Positions 1 through 8,554 of a stretch of 64,000 bases of DNA are shown piece by piece. Numbering within the stretch: position 1 is the stretch's first letter; every line of letters starts with the position of its first letter. The stretch lies in IMG/VR virus record IMGVR_UViG_3300020047_005985, positions 44,242 to 108,241 of that record. One strand, written 5' to 3'. Made by a program: the position numbers and the translations under genes. The DNA is from a virus. Taxonomy: Duplodnaviria > Caudoviricetes. Under the pieces are notes generated by a model, which was not told where the DNA came from, did not search any database, and saw only the letters and a program-made list of their open reading frames with translations.

Positions 1-373
1 ACTTCAACATTGCTTTTAACTCATCTGCTGACATTGCTTCCAATTCAGCATCTTGTTTTCGAGCAATTAAATCCATAATTTTTTGATTGTGGATTTTATT
101 TGCAGCAGCAGCTTGAGTTTCTTCTTGTTCTTTGATACGAGTATCAAGAATAGATGTTACAATGGCAAGCCGCAATTCGTTTGCTTCTTGTTCTTTGGTC
201 TTACGACCAGCCTTACGACGAGTAGATTTACCATAACCTTCTATGGTTTCAGTTAATTGCTCTTCATGAGTAACTAACATATCGAGATTAATATCCCACA
301 ATTGTTCGCAGGAAATAACCCCTCCTAAATGAAAACGGAGTTTAAGCCGTGAGGCTAATTCAAATATATTCAT
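1..373 (-). CDS. Hypothetical coiled-coil phage protein (~124 aa, runs to window edge), downstream partner of the 721-aa protein
   Basis: Manually translated from the ATG at 373: MNIFELASRLKLRF...EQLWDINL...KIMDLIARKQDAELEAMSADELKAMLK. Missing from the ORF track because the stop lies at or after the edge. Confidence 0.75.
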   Translation of the reverse strand, partial: MNIFELASRLKLRFHLGGVISCEQLWDINLDMLVTHEEQLTETIEGYGKSTRRKAGRKTKEQEANELRLAIVTSILDTRIKEQEETQAAAANKIHNQKIMDLIARKQDAELEAMSADELKAMLK

Positions 374-374
374 T

Positions 375-2540
375 TTAAAATTTTATTTTAATTGTTCGTT
401 TATGACTACCTGATAACTTCAATATTAACTCCTCGGAAATAGTCGAATTAAAACCCAATCCACACAACTGTTTAGTTGCTGGTTCAAGTTTTGTAGTTTC
501 ACCTAATACTTCCATTACTTTACGATGTTCTAATAAATCAGAATTTAAGAACTCCGTATGAAATGAACGTAAAGCAATATCAGATTTACAATTATCAAGC
601 ATAAACATGTAATGTTTGTTGCCTGTATTATTATCACCCCAAAAGTTAGGAGATAAGCAAACCAAGTTGACTTTATGGAATTGATTGGTATCAAGATTCC
701 AAATCTTCGTAGAAGCAGATTGTGATTCTAAAATCTGACAATTATTTAAATCAGGAATAAATTCTACTTGTCCATTTTTACACAACAGTTTTCCCAATTC
801 AACTGTTCCTTTATGACTAGCCTTAACAAATAAAGATGTGATTTCCCCAAGTATTTCAACTTCAGCCGTAAAATCTGTTCGAACAGTCGGTCCACTATAA
901 TTATGAACAAACAATCTGTATTCACCATTTGGCATAACAGAAAGATTTGAATATGTCAAATTTTCTACACGTTTTTCAGGTGGAAAATGACCATCACATC
1001 CTTGAGCATCCAAATCCAACATTCCTGATGATGGTTGCATACTACGTCTATTACTATAGTAAATTTCATTACCATTAGGCTCTTTACAATGTAAGTCGTA
1101 ATCAGATGTTGTTTTTGGAAAGTGAATACTTACTCGAATAGGAGCTTCAATTTTACCACCTCGATCTTTAACAGCATCTTTAATCATACTTTTACCTGCA
1201 AGATTACCATTATAAGTCCAACCAAAATTGTTAGACCATTTAAATGCTTTCTTACTGTCAGGATTATTTGCCGTATGCAATGCTACTAAGTTACCACTAA
1301 ATCTATTTTCAAGAAAAGCTTCAATTGAAGCGCATGTTGGAAGAATATCCTTCATAAACTTTTCAATAGAAACTTCTTCAATACCATCAAATTGACTACG
1401 TTTATGTTGAGTAGATGTAGATGGTGCAACTTTATCAAATACAGATGCTTGTTTAATAGTATCTGTGCCTACATTTTGGTGAAGAATTTCTGAGATGTTA
1501 ATATCATCTAATGTAGAGAACCTACGATCAAATGATTCTTCGTATCCATTTTCTTCAACAAACTTTTTAGCTTCCGCAATTTGTTTTTGACTAATAGGAG
1601 CAGTAGCTTTCATGTAATTAGCAGGATCAACTCGCTTATTCCATGTAAGTACAGCCTTATTCAAATCTTCCCCCTGTGTTAATTCTACACAAAGAGTTCC
1701 AATTAATTCATTTCTAAATTTAGCAAATGGTAGATTGTTGGATTTAATCCAACACCAATTATCCTTCTCTTTAGTTGGTACATCTTTGTATTCAGTTGCA
1801 AACTCAATAAACTTTTTAAGCTTATCTAAGTATGAATCACCATTCAACAAACTACCTTGTTGAATCAAATCACGCACTAACACTAATGTATCCAATGAAA
1901 TTTCATCAAGACCTCTTTTGAATACATTTTTAGCATCACGATGATTACCTTGAATAGATTCAACTGAGTTACTAGAAAAATCTACAAACTTTTTAGGAAG
2001 TATAGCATTAAAATGATAAAATGTATATACTTGACCTGGAGTAACTACACCAAATTTGTCAGCTTCTTCCTGAGTATAAATTTTGTTGCTTTTTTCAAAG
2101 CCTAATTTATATTCAGCTTGAGTTTTATTTGTAGATTCATAATTTAATAGTCTATTGAGAGTATCGTATGATTCTACAAATACATTTTCAATTGGATTAT
2201 TCTTTAAAAGAAATGCTACATTGTTTGCAGGGCGAGAGTAAATATTATCAGACAGATCTACTGTATCAAACATTGTTACAATCTCACCATTGACTAAAGC
2301 TACAATGTTACCATAACGATGAATAAAATTCTTGTCATGATTACATGTATGTTCAGTAGAATTTGGATCTCTGAATACAGGATCAGCTTCTTTAGTGAAA
2401 CTTGAGATATACTTATCCCAAACTTCATGTCCAGAAATTTTAGATCTGAATAAAACAGGTTGTTCACACATAAATGCAAACTGCTGTTTAATTGCTTTGT
2501 TAAACTCTTGAAATTTCATATTTCGTTGACAGTACTGCAC
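375..2540 (-). CDS. Conserved large phage protein with a C-terminal YfaP/DUF2135-like domain (likely start 2519, MKFQEF)
   Basis: 721-aa ORF; motifs DYDLHCKEP..EIYYSN..GMLDLD..RVENL..GEY..FVHNYSG resemble DUF2135. Confidence 0.6.
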   Translation of the reverse strand: MQYCQRNMKFQEFNKAIKQQFAFMCEQPVLFRSKISGHEVWDKYISSFTKEADPVFRDPNSTEHTCNHDKNFIHRYGNIVALVNGEIVTMFDTVDLSDNIYSRPANNVAFLLKNNPIENVFVESYDTLNRLLNYESTNKTQAEYKLGFEKSNKIYTQEEADKFGVVTPGQVYTFYHFNAILPKKFVDFSSNSVESIQGNHRDAKNVFKRGLDEISLDTLVLVRDLIQQGSLLNGDSYLDKLKKFIEFATEYKDVPTKEKDNWCWIKSNNLPFAKFRNELIGTLCVELTQGEDLNKAVLTWNKRVDPANYMKATAPISQKQIAEAKKFVEENGYEESFDRRFSTLDDINISEILHQNVGTDTIKQASVFDKVAPSTSTQHKRSQFDGIEEVSIEKFMKDILPTCASIEAFLENRFSGNLVALHTANNPDSKKAFKWSNNFGWTYNGNLAGKSMIKDAVKDRGGKIEAPIRVSIHFPKTTSDYDLHCKEPNGNEIYYSNRRSMQPSSGMLDLDAQGCDGHFPPEKRVENLTYSNLSVMPNGEYRLFVHNYSGPTVRTDFTAEVEILGEITSLFVKASHKGTVELGKLLCKNGQVEFIPDLNNCQILESQSASTKIWNLDTNQFHKVNLVCLSPNFWGDNNTGNKHYMFMLDNCKSDIALRSFHTEFLNSDLLEHRKVMEVLGETTKLEPATKQLCGLGFNSTISEELILKLSGSHKRTIKIKF

Positions 2541-2611
2541 ACCTTACTGGTTTAGGTTTAATAATTCTCTATGTGCAACTTGAGAATTTTACTATTGGTA
2601 TTTTAAAATAG

Positions 2612-2684
2612 TCAGGATGGATTGACTCGAACAACCGACCTCTTGCGTCCAATGCAAGCTATCTACCAACTGATATACATCCTG
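2612..2684 (-). tRNA. trnP: tRNA-Pro(TGG), CCA not encoded
   Basis: Acceptor CAGGATG/CATCCTG, D arm TATC/GATA, anticodon stem CTTGC/GCAAG with loop AT-TGG-AC, T loop TTCGAGT. Confidence 0.9.
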
Positions 2685-2815
2685 GAATTATGGGTATTCC
2701 AACCCACGCATTTAACTTGTTTTACATCAAAGATCTTTTGCCTGTAAAGCCTTTAGGAGCTTTCTGGTGCTAAATGTAAAACCTCGTTGCTTATTTTTTA
2801 AAATCTTAAAATTAG

Positions 2816-2966
2816 TAAGGGCAACTGGACTTGAACCAATAACCTCTGTCTAGTTCGGCAACTCCGGCAGGACTCTAACCTGCAACCTTCAGACCTGAGC
2901 CTGACGCTCTAACAATTGAGCTACGGAGTCAATGACAGCGCTCTATCCAAATTGAGCTATACCCTT
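2816..2966 (-). tRNA. Outer tRNA of a nested pair; anticodon loop replaced by an 83-nt insert (2851-2933); identity undetermined
   Basis: Acceptor AAGGGTA/TGCCCTT-A, D arm GCTC-AATTTGGATA-GAGC, anticodon stem CTGTC/GACAG, T arm ATTGG-TTCAAGT-CCAGT. Confidence 0.85.
2859..2930 (-). tRNA. Inner atypical tRNA-like cloverleaf (pseudo-tRNA) inside the outer tRNA's anticodon loop
   Basis: Acceptor GACTCCG/CGGAGTT-G, D arm GCTC/GAGC (loop lacks GG), anticodon stem TCAGG/TCTGA with 6-nt loop CTCAGG, T arm GCAGG-TTAGAGT-CCTGC. Confidence 0.8.
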
Positions 2967-2970
2967 GTTT

Positions 2971-3053
2971 TCTTAATTAACTCCAGAGGATTTCTCCTAT
3001 CTTGCACCACACATAAAAGTGTACTCGTTACTACTGGATATCTTTAATTAAGA
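2971..3053 (-). ncRNA. Putative structured ncRNA between tRNAs
   Basis: 10-bp closing stem TCTTAATTAA/TTAATTAAGA, TCCAG/CTGGA stem, AGGA-GAAA-TCCT GNRA hairpin on the minus strand. Confidence 0.5.
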
Positions 3054-3057
3054 TTTG

Positions 3058-3129
3058 TTGACCCACTAGGATTCGAACCTAGAACCTTCGGCTTAAAAGG
3101 CCGATGCTCTACCATTGAGCTATAGGTCA
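3058..3129 (-). tRNA. trnK: tRNA-Lys(TTT)
   Basis: Acceptor TGACCTA/TGGGTCA-A, anticodon arm TCGGC-CTTTTAA-GCCGA, T loop TTCGAAT. Confidence 0.95.
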
Positions 3130-3231
3130 TTTTAGAATACCACTTAGGAAATCACCCTTTAGAAAAGACTTAGTGGCACGCCTTTAATTCCTTTACGTAG
3201 AATCAACGATTGTTTATTGGAAAAACAATAA

Positions 3232-3366
3232 AAATCCTCCAGCTTCACATGGCTGGCACACGCGATATTTATTTAACCGTTAAATATCTAAATCCGTTTA
3301 TCTAGAATAAACTTAAGGAGTTAATCCGTTTAACTATACGACTATTTAACTCATAGTTGAGGATTT
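3232..3366 (-). ncRNA. Putative multi-hairpin ncRNA directly 3' of tRNA-Phe
   Basis: Closing stem AAATCCTC/GAGGATTT enclosing about 5 hairpins; repeated TAAACGGATT motif. Confidence 0.5.
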
Positions 3367-3367
3367 G

Positions 3368-3440
3368 TGGTGAGAGTTGGACTTGAACCAACGACTTTCG
3401 GCTTTTCAAACCGATACTCTACCAACTGAGTTACCTCACC
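3368..3440 (-). tRNA. trnF: tRNA-Phe(GAA)
   Basis: Acceptor GGTGAGG/TCTCACC-A, anticodon arm TCGGT-TTGAAAA-GCCGA, T loop TTCAAGT. Confidence 0.95.
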
Positions 3441-3447
3441 AAAAAAT

Positions 3448-3541
3448 TTGAGAATTATGCGATCTTCGTATTGACTAAGACTATACACTAGATTTCCATT
3501 CTCTTTTCAATGTAAATTTGACTGGGATTACATATTCTCAA
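3448..3541 (-). ncRNA. Putative structured element 5' of tRNA-Phe
   Basis: Closing stem TTGAGAAT/ATTCTCAA with an internal ATGTAA/TTACAT hairpin. Confidence 0.35.
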
Positions 3542-3723
3542 GGATTGCCTTTGCTTGACCCATTACTCGCGAGATTATAAATCTCCAGTAACATCTTAAT
3601 AGTGATATTGCATCAGATATTAAGCTAACTTAATTTTATTTACACAAATTACCTGTCACTGTAAAATAAAACAGGATTATTGCAATAGCGGTAAAAGAAA
3701 TCACCAATAACCAAGCAATAACT

Positions 3724-4035
3724 TTAGAAATTATTTCTTGTGTTTTTTCTGAAAATCGGTATTACTACTTTTGGTAATTTTGGTAATTTTAAATATTTAT
3801 TAATGATTATATGTATAATCATTATAACACAACTTACACCAGTCGCAGCAAGTAAAACTTTACAATTGGATACTATTGATTCTAACAATTTATCAATCGT
3901 AAACACCTCGCAACTTGAACTTCCAAGCAAATGATTAATGTATGTTGTGATAATTACAATCAAAGATACCATTAAGCAATATATTGCTGCGATAATTAAA
4001 CTTACTTTTAAAATTATTTTTATATCTTCTTTCAT
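3724..4035 (-). CDS. Small membrane protein (2 TM)
   Basis: Two hydrophobic segments; co-oriented with neighbours. Confidence 0.55.
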   Translation of the reverse strand: MKEDIKIILKVSLIIAAIYCLMVSLIVIITTYINHLLGSSSCEVFTIDKLLESIVSNCKVLLAATGVSCVIMIIHIIINKYLKLPKLPKVVIPIFRKNTRNNF

Positions 4036-4041
4036 AATTAT

Positions 4042-4275
4042 TTAATCTGAAATATCGGACTTACTGAAAGCGTCTTTTTCAACAAAATCAATTTTAGTAT
4101 TCTTTCCTACGTTAAACGTAGAAGAGTTTTGGGTTTTACTTGCTGATTCAGGTGCTTTACCTGTAATTTTTTTTACAATTTGTGACTGTTCAGGAATTTT
4201 GTTTTTTGTAGTTTGACCCACTATCTCCGTTTCTTCTCCTTCTTTTGTTTGAAAAATGGTATAAATCTTTGTCAT
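4042..4275 (-). CDS. Hypothetical protein
   Basis: 77-aa ORF in the minus-strand gene run. Confidence 0.6.
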   Translation of the reverse strand: MTKIYTIFQTKEGEETEIVGQTTKNKIPEQSQIVKKITGKAPESASKTQNSSTFNVGKNTKIDFVEKDAFSKSDISD

Positions 4276-4528
4276 GTTTTTTATAATTTGATTTTAGCAC
4301 CCTTTCATAGTCACTCTCTGATACAATCAAAGCACTTTGAATTAGGGTCACGATATTTAAGCCTCTTTGTTTACATAAACTGATTTAAGCCGATTAGCAT
4401 CCGGCTGCTTAATATCTTGCTGAGAACTCCCCATAGTATATAGTAACATATCTCATACAGTTACATCTATGTTGTATATTACTATACAATTTCTATCAGG
4501 GTTTAGATTTGTTTCCAATTGGTTTTAT

Positions 4529-4786
4529 TTAATGACACTGTTGTGTACCTGCATAATGGTGGCGATGACCGCTTGGAGCAGTAAAAGTACCATTATGGTT
4601 TATGGTTACAGTGCCTGTTTGGGACTTAAAATTGTTATACATTGAGGTACGACGTAAAGCACGTCGTTGGCGACGAGACAATGTCATGGAATATCCATAC
4701 TTATCTCGTTTTGATGCTCGTTCTTTCTTTCTAAGTTGACGTTTTGAAATTTCCAGGTTTGAACAATTCTGCTGCATGGGCCTCAA
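4529..4786 (-). CDS. Small basic hypothetical protein
   Basis: Arg/Lys-rich 85-aa ORF. Confidence 0.45.
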   Translation of the reverse strand: MRPMQQNCSNLEISKRQLRKKERASKRDKYGYSMTLSRRQRRALRRTSMYNNFKSQTGTVTINHNGTFTAPSGHRHHYAGTQQCH

Positions 4787-4830
4787 ACCCTTTTTGTAAA
4801 TCTTCTTTTTGAATTTCGATTGTCAGCATT

Positions 4831-5301
4831 TCAGAATTTTTTAAACATTTTTTCTCCATTCTGGAGAGAAATCAAACAAGTTACTCCTCGCAGAGTACCA
4901 AATGAGCTATACGCCCAATCGGCAATACTGCACCAGATCTCTTCTTCCACTGTAAGAACAGGTGGAATAAATCGCTTTTGTCCTTTGATGATTTTGTACT
5001 CACCTTTCTTACCAGTTATTTCTGTAACTGAAGAATTTGAGTGTGAACCAAACATCGAAGGATTGATCTTTTTCAACAAAGTTGACCTGTTGATAATAGT
5101 TTGATTGTTGGATTGATTCCGAGCAGCTTTATCATACTGCTTTTCAGAAACTTTGATTCCCATTCGTAGATCAAATCCATTAGCAAGTGCTGAAAATGGA
5201 GTTTGATTAGCATTTTCACCTACACTTAGTAGGCTATCCCCTCCTGTTCTAGTAATGGTTGCAATCCCATTAAGGTCAGAGATTTGTAGTTTAGTAAACA
5301 T
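4831..5301 (-). CDS. Hypothetical protein
   Basis: 156-aa ORF, tightly packed with neighbours. Confidence 0.65.
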   Translation of the reverse strand: MFTKLQISDLNGIATITRTGGDSLLSVGENANQTPFSALANGFDLRMGIKVSEKQYDKAARNQSNNQTIINRSTLLKKINPSMFGSHSNSSVTEITGKKGEYKIIKGQKRFIPPVLTVEEEIWCSIADWAYSSFGTLRGVTCLISLQNGEKMFKKF

Positions 5302-5305
5302 ATAT

Positions 5306-5476
5306 TTATAGAAGAATTTCTTCTGGTTTTACGTATGTAATACCTTTAGTGAAGCCCACAAACATTGTGACTGTGGAACCTTCATTAATAGGTGCGTAAA
5401 TTGGTCTTTTTGACTCGAATACCAATTTTGAATATTGTTTTTGGGTTTTTCGTATTTTACGATTTACTCTGCTCAT
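5306..5476 (-). CDS. Small hypothetical protein (MSRVNRK...)
   Basis: ATG at 5476 preferred over the upstream TTG start. Confidence 0.5.
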   Translation of the reverse strand: MSRVNRKIRKTQKQYSKLVFESKRPIYAPINEGSTVTMFVGFTKGITYVKPEEILL

Positions 5477-5849
5477 AATAAGTTGTTTAAAATTTAACAA
5501 TATTTCAGGATTTAACTCCTGACTGCACAATTACTAATAAAGTTAATTACTCTTTATTAGTATAGGATTATATATCTGTTGCTGACCTTAGTCTCATTTA
5601 AACCCTACTAATGGGTACAACTTTACAATATATAAAACGCGAGTACGCAATCTCGCTGCCATCATTTGAGTGTAATGGTTATAACTCAAACTTATCCTGT
5701 TTACCTTTTACTTGAATTAACTCAAGTTTCAGATATAAGGCTTATACGGTCTATTTCTAGCCAATATTTTAAAGTTCTTTTTACAGTAGAACTTCGGAAC
5801 TATTATCTTATAATAACTGTTACCATATTTTAGAAGTCTATGGTCTAAC

Positions 5850-6293
5850 TTAATCTTTTATACGAAGCTGTTCAACAGAACAACCTTTCAATTTCGCAAT
5901 CTCTTCAAGTGTTACCTCAATTACTTGAAATTCTTGAATTTCACGGGCTTGTTGCCAAGTGGTAGTTTGAGTTTCCTTTTCAGCCTCTTCAAATGTTTCA
6001 GCATGTATCCAGGCAATATAATAACCTTGTTTGAATGCAATTACAACTCTTTTGACCCATTCACTATTAGAATCACGAACTTCCATTACTCTTGGAAATT
6101 GAGATTCTACTTTTGACAATGATGGAGTTGGGTCAACTGGTAAATATCGGCCATCTTCCGTATATAAACATGTATCATACGTGGAAAAAATTACGTTAAT
6201 CGGATAGATTGGATGATTGTTTATGCTAGATACTACACCATGTAGATGATGATAGTTACAATAGACTTTATCGCCTATGTTAAAATTTTCCAT
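5850..6293 (-). CDS. Hypothetical phage protein, N-terminal SH3/KOW-like fold
   Basis: FNIGDKV...GVV...YPINV...YTEDGR pattern; C-terminal EVTLEEIAKLKG..VEQLRIKD motif common in phages. Confidence 0.7.
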   Translation of the reverse strand: MENFNIGDKVYCNYHHLHGVVSSINNHPIYPINVIFSTYDTCLYTEDGRYLPVDPTPSLSKVESQFPRVMEVRDSNSEWVKRVVIAFKQGYYIAWIHAETFEEAEKETQTTTWQQAREIQEFQVIEVTLEEIAKLKGCSVEQLRIKD

Positions 6294-6302
6294 ACTGTAA
6301 TC

Positions 6303-6695
6303 TTATGTGTGTGAATGACCGCAAGATGTACATTTGCGTACATCTTTTATTATAGGTGAACCAACTTGTGATTGGGTTGATCCACGTTGACCAGCATCAT
6401 TGTCAAAATCATTAGTTGTTACCAATGTATTTTGTAATGCTTGTGAATTCATCATTAATCCACCACATTCAAAACAAGTGTTACGAATAATTTCTTGAAT
6501 TATTTGTGATGAGACAAAAGATGGAAATTTCCAGACACTTCCATGTTCTCCTGATTCCTCAGGTATATAAATTCCACCAAGTCTTTCAAACGATAATTCA
6601 AAAGATTCGGTCGGTTTTAATTTAAAGATATTACCTTTAAACGTAACATATACAAAGTTTTGTGAAACTTTATAGTTATAATTTATCAATTGCAT
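6303..6695 (-). CDS. Zn-ribbon protein
   Basis: CFECGG...KCTSCGHS. Confidence 0.65.
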   Translation of the reverse strand: MQLINYNYKVSQNFVYVTFKGNIFKLKPTESFELSFERLGGIYIPEESGEHGSVWKFPSFVSSQIIQEIIRNTCFECGGLMMNSQALQNTLVTTNDFDNDAGQRGSTQSQVGSPIIKDVRKCTSCGHSHT

Positions 6696-6854
6696 ATCCG
6701 TTACAATTTAAAAAATGAAGTGAAAATATCAGATAAAACCAATAGAACCTGTACTAGTAGGCATTGATCTATTGGACAAACTCCTGATATACAATAAGAG
6801 AAATAATTCAGCTCCGTTGCTATAATTATTCTGTTACCGCAGTTTGTTACGGAC

Positions 6855-7070
6855 TTATTTTTTTGCGTCTTCTTCTGCTTTTCTTTCTGCTCTTTTGCCT
6901 AAAATAGGTATAAGAGAAAAAAATGAGAAGAGGAATGCTACAATAAACACCTCTGTGGTTTCCATTGCTTGTGTAAGACTTCCATTAAAGTCTGTATAAT
7001 AGCAATATAAAGCTCCACATAATGTGTATATTGATAGCATATAACATGCGACTTTAATCCAGAACCACAT
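6855..7070 (-). CDS. Small membrane protein
   Basis: Two hydrophobic helices. Confidence 0.6.
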   Translation of the reverse strand: MWFWIKVACYMLSIYTLCGALYCYYTDFNGSLTQAMETTEVFIVAFLFSFFSLIPILGKRAERKAEEDAKK

Positions 7071-7210
7071 TAGTTAGGATTAATTTCGGTGTTCATAGGC
7101 ACTCCTGTCCGCTTAGGAGTTTGGTTGCATTTGTCGTAAATAAGTACAACTACCACAATCAATAAGATTGCAATAATTGTATTTACAACTATTTTAGTGA
7201 ATTTGCTCAT
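7070..7210 (-). CDS. 46-aa single-TM protein
   Basis: Manually translated MSKFTKIVVNTIIAILLIVVVVLIYDKC...; its stop overlaps the next ATG. Confidence 0.55.
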   Translation of the reverse strand: MSKFTKIVVNTIIAILLIVVVVLIYDKCNQTPKRTGVPMNTEINPN

Positions 7211-7547
7211 ACATTTTGAAAAAAATAAACATCTGTTTTATCCAGTGATAAATCGACTGTGTATTAGTATGGAACTACAATGTAGAACTCACAACTATTT
7301 ACAAGAACAGAAAAGAGATTTAAATAATAGTGTCATTGCAAGTTGTTCTATGAACTCATATACTTACATATATTTACATATTGCACTATTAAACCAATCA
7401 ATGCTCAATGGTAGTAGAGTGATTGATAATCTATTGTTTATTTTTAATCTTACTGAGTGCGATTTACCTTTCAGTAAACTACGTTTCTTCCCATTGTTCC
7501 GCCTATCACGCGGTGGTTTTTGTGTCTCTAATCAGTAAGATTATTTT

Positions 7548-8243
7548 TTATTTTTGTTGTTTTCTAAAATATCCATTAGGGTTTACACCCATCTGAATAA
7601 GTCGTTCTTCAATAGTTCCTGTTACTGGAACTTGTTGAAGTATTTCTTCAATGGTACATTCTGTTCCAATTTGGTCAAGGATAATATCCTCGTGAGGATA
7701 TTCGTTATCTATTCTTTCAGGAATAGAAAACATCTTATCTGCACCTATAACGATAGATCCAGACGGCTCTTCAATTCCGCTAAGTGTTTCCAGCTTAAGG
7801 AATTTTGCTCTTCCTCTTGCTGGGATACGCAAGAAATACAATGTGACTGCATCTTCCGATGAACATACCAACTGCCAATAAACAGGTAAATCAAAGACTG
7901 GTTTGTTTTCTTGAAATTCTATTTGTGGTAGAATTTCGGTCAATCTTAACATTTCTTCATGGCTTACAAGCCGAAGAAAATTACCATTTGGGTTTGCAAA
8001 CCAATATTGCTGTAATGTAGTTACAAGTAAATTTCCTCCTGCTGTTAGATAGAACTTAGCTTTGTCCAATAGATATGCAAGATGCATTCTATTGAATGCT
8101 TCCCAGGTTTCACATTCTCTGGATGGATTTTTTTGAATAGTTCCATCAGTATTTACAGCGTAACATGTATATGTTACATGAGTGTCGGTTGTTTCTTGAA
8201 CGTAAGCATGGAGAATTTCATCTCCGAATTTTAGCTTGTACAT
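7548..8243 (-). CDS. Hypothetical protein
   Basis: 231-aa ORF. Confidence 0.7.
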   Translation of the reverse strand: MYKLKFGDEILHAYVQETTDTHVTYTCYAVNTDGTIQKNPSRECETWEAFNRMHLAYLLDKAKFYLTAGGNLLVTTLQQYWFANPNGNFLRLVSHEEMLRLTEILPQIEFQENKPVFDLPVYWQLVCSSEDAVTLYFLRIPARGRAKFLKLETLSGIEEPSGSIVIGADKMFSIPERIDNEYPHEDIILDQIGTECTIEEILQQVPVTGTIEERLIQMGVNPNGYFRKQQK

Positions 8244-8500
8244 AATACTTTTTATTTTTTGAATAATTGCCTACTCTTTTGAAGGATTTTTGGCATACTC
8301 CTTATAAACCCTCTGCACTCTGTTATAATCATCAATGATTTCATTCCTATCAATTAAGATGGTGTATTAATTTCAACTATAGATTATAACAGCTTACCAG
8401 GGACTAGTGGGAATTAGAGTTAATAGGCAAAACACCCAATAAGAGTGACAAATCCTATTTACCTGCACTTCCGCAAGTGGAGATATTTGTTGCGGTATTT

Positions 8501-8554
8501 TTAAACATCAGATCAACGAGTATTATTGTCTCTATTGATCTTAAACTGGTGTTA
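8501..8554. repeat. Hairpin element copy 1 (paralog at 9759-9813)
   Basis: ttaaacatcag-atcaa...ttgat-cttaaactggtgtta. Confidence 0.7.

Noticed and set aside
2885-2905. Inner tRNA as Leu(CAG) or as an opal (TCA) suppressor implying stop-codon recoding
   Set aside because: The loop has 6 nt and there is no long variable arm. Genes are long under the standard code and TGA is used as a stop in many ATGA overlaps.
7197-7538. Plus-strand 113-aa ORF
   Set aside because: Antisense to the local gene direction, coincides with structured non-coding elements and has no recognisable motifs.
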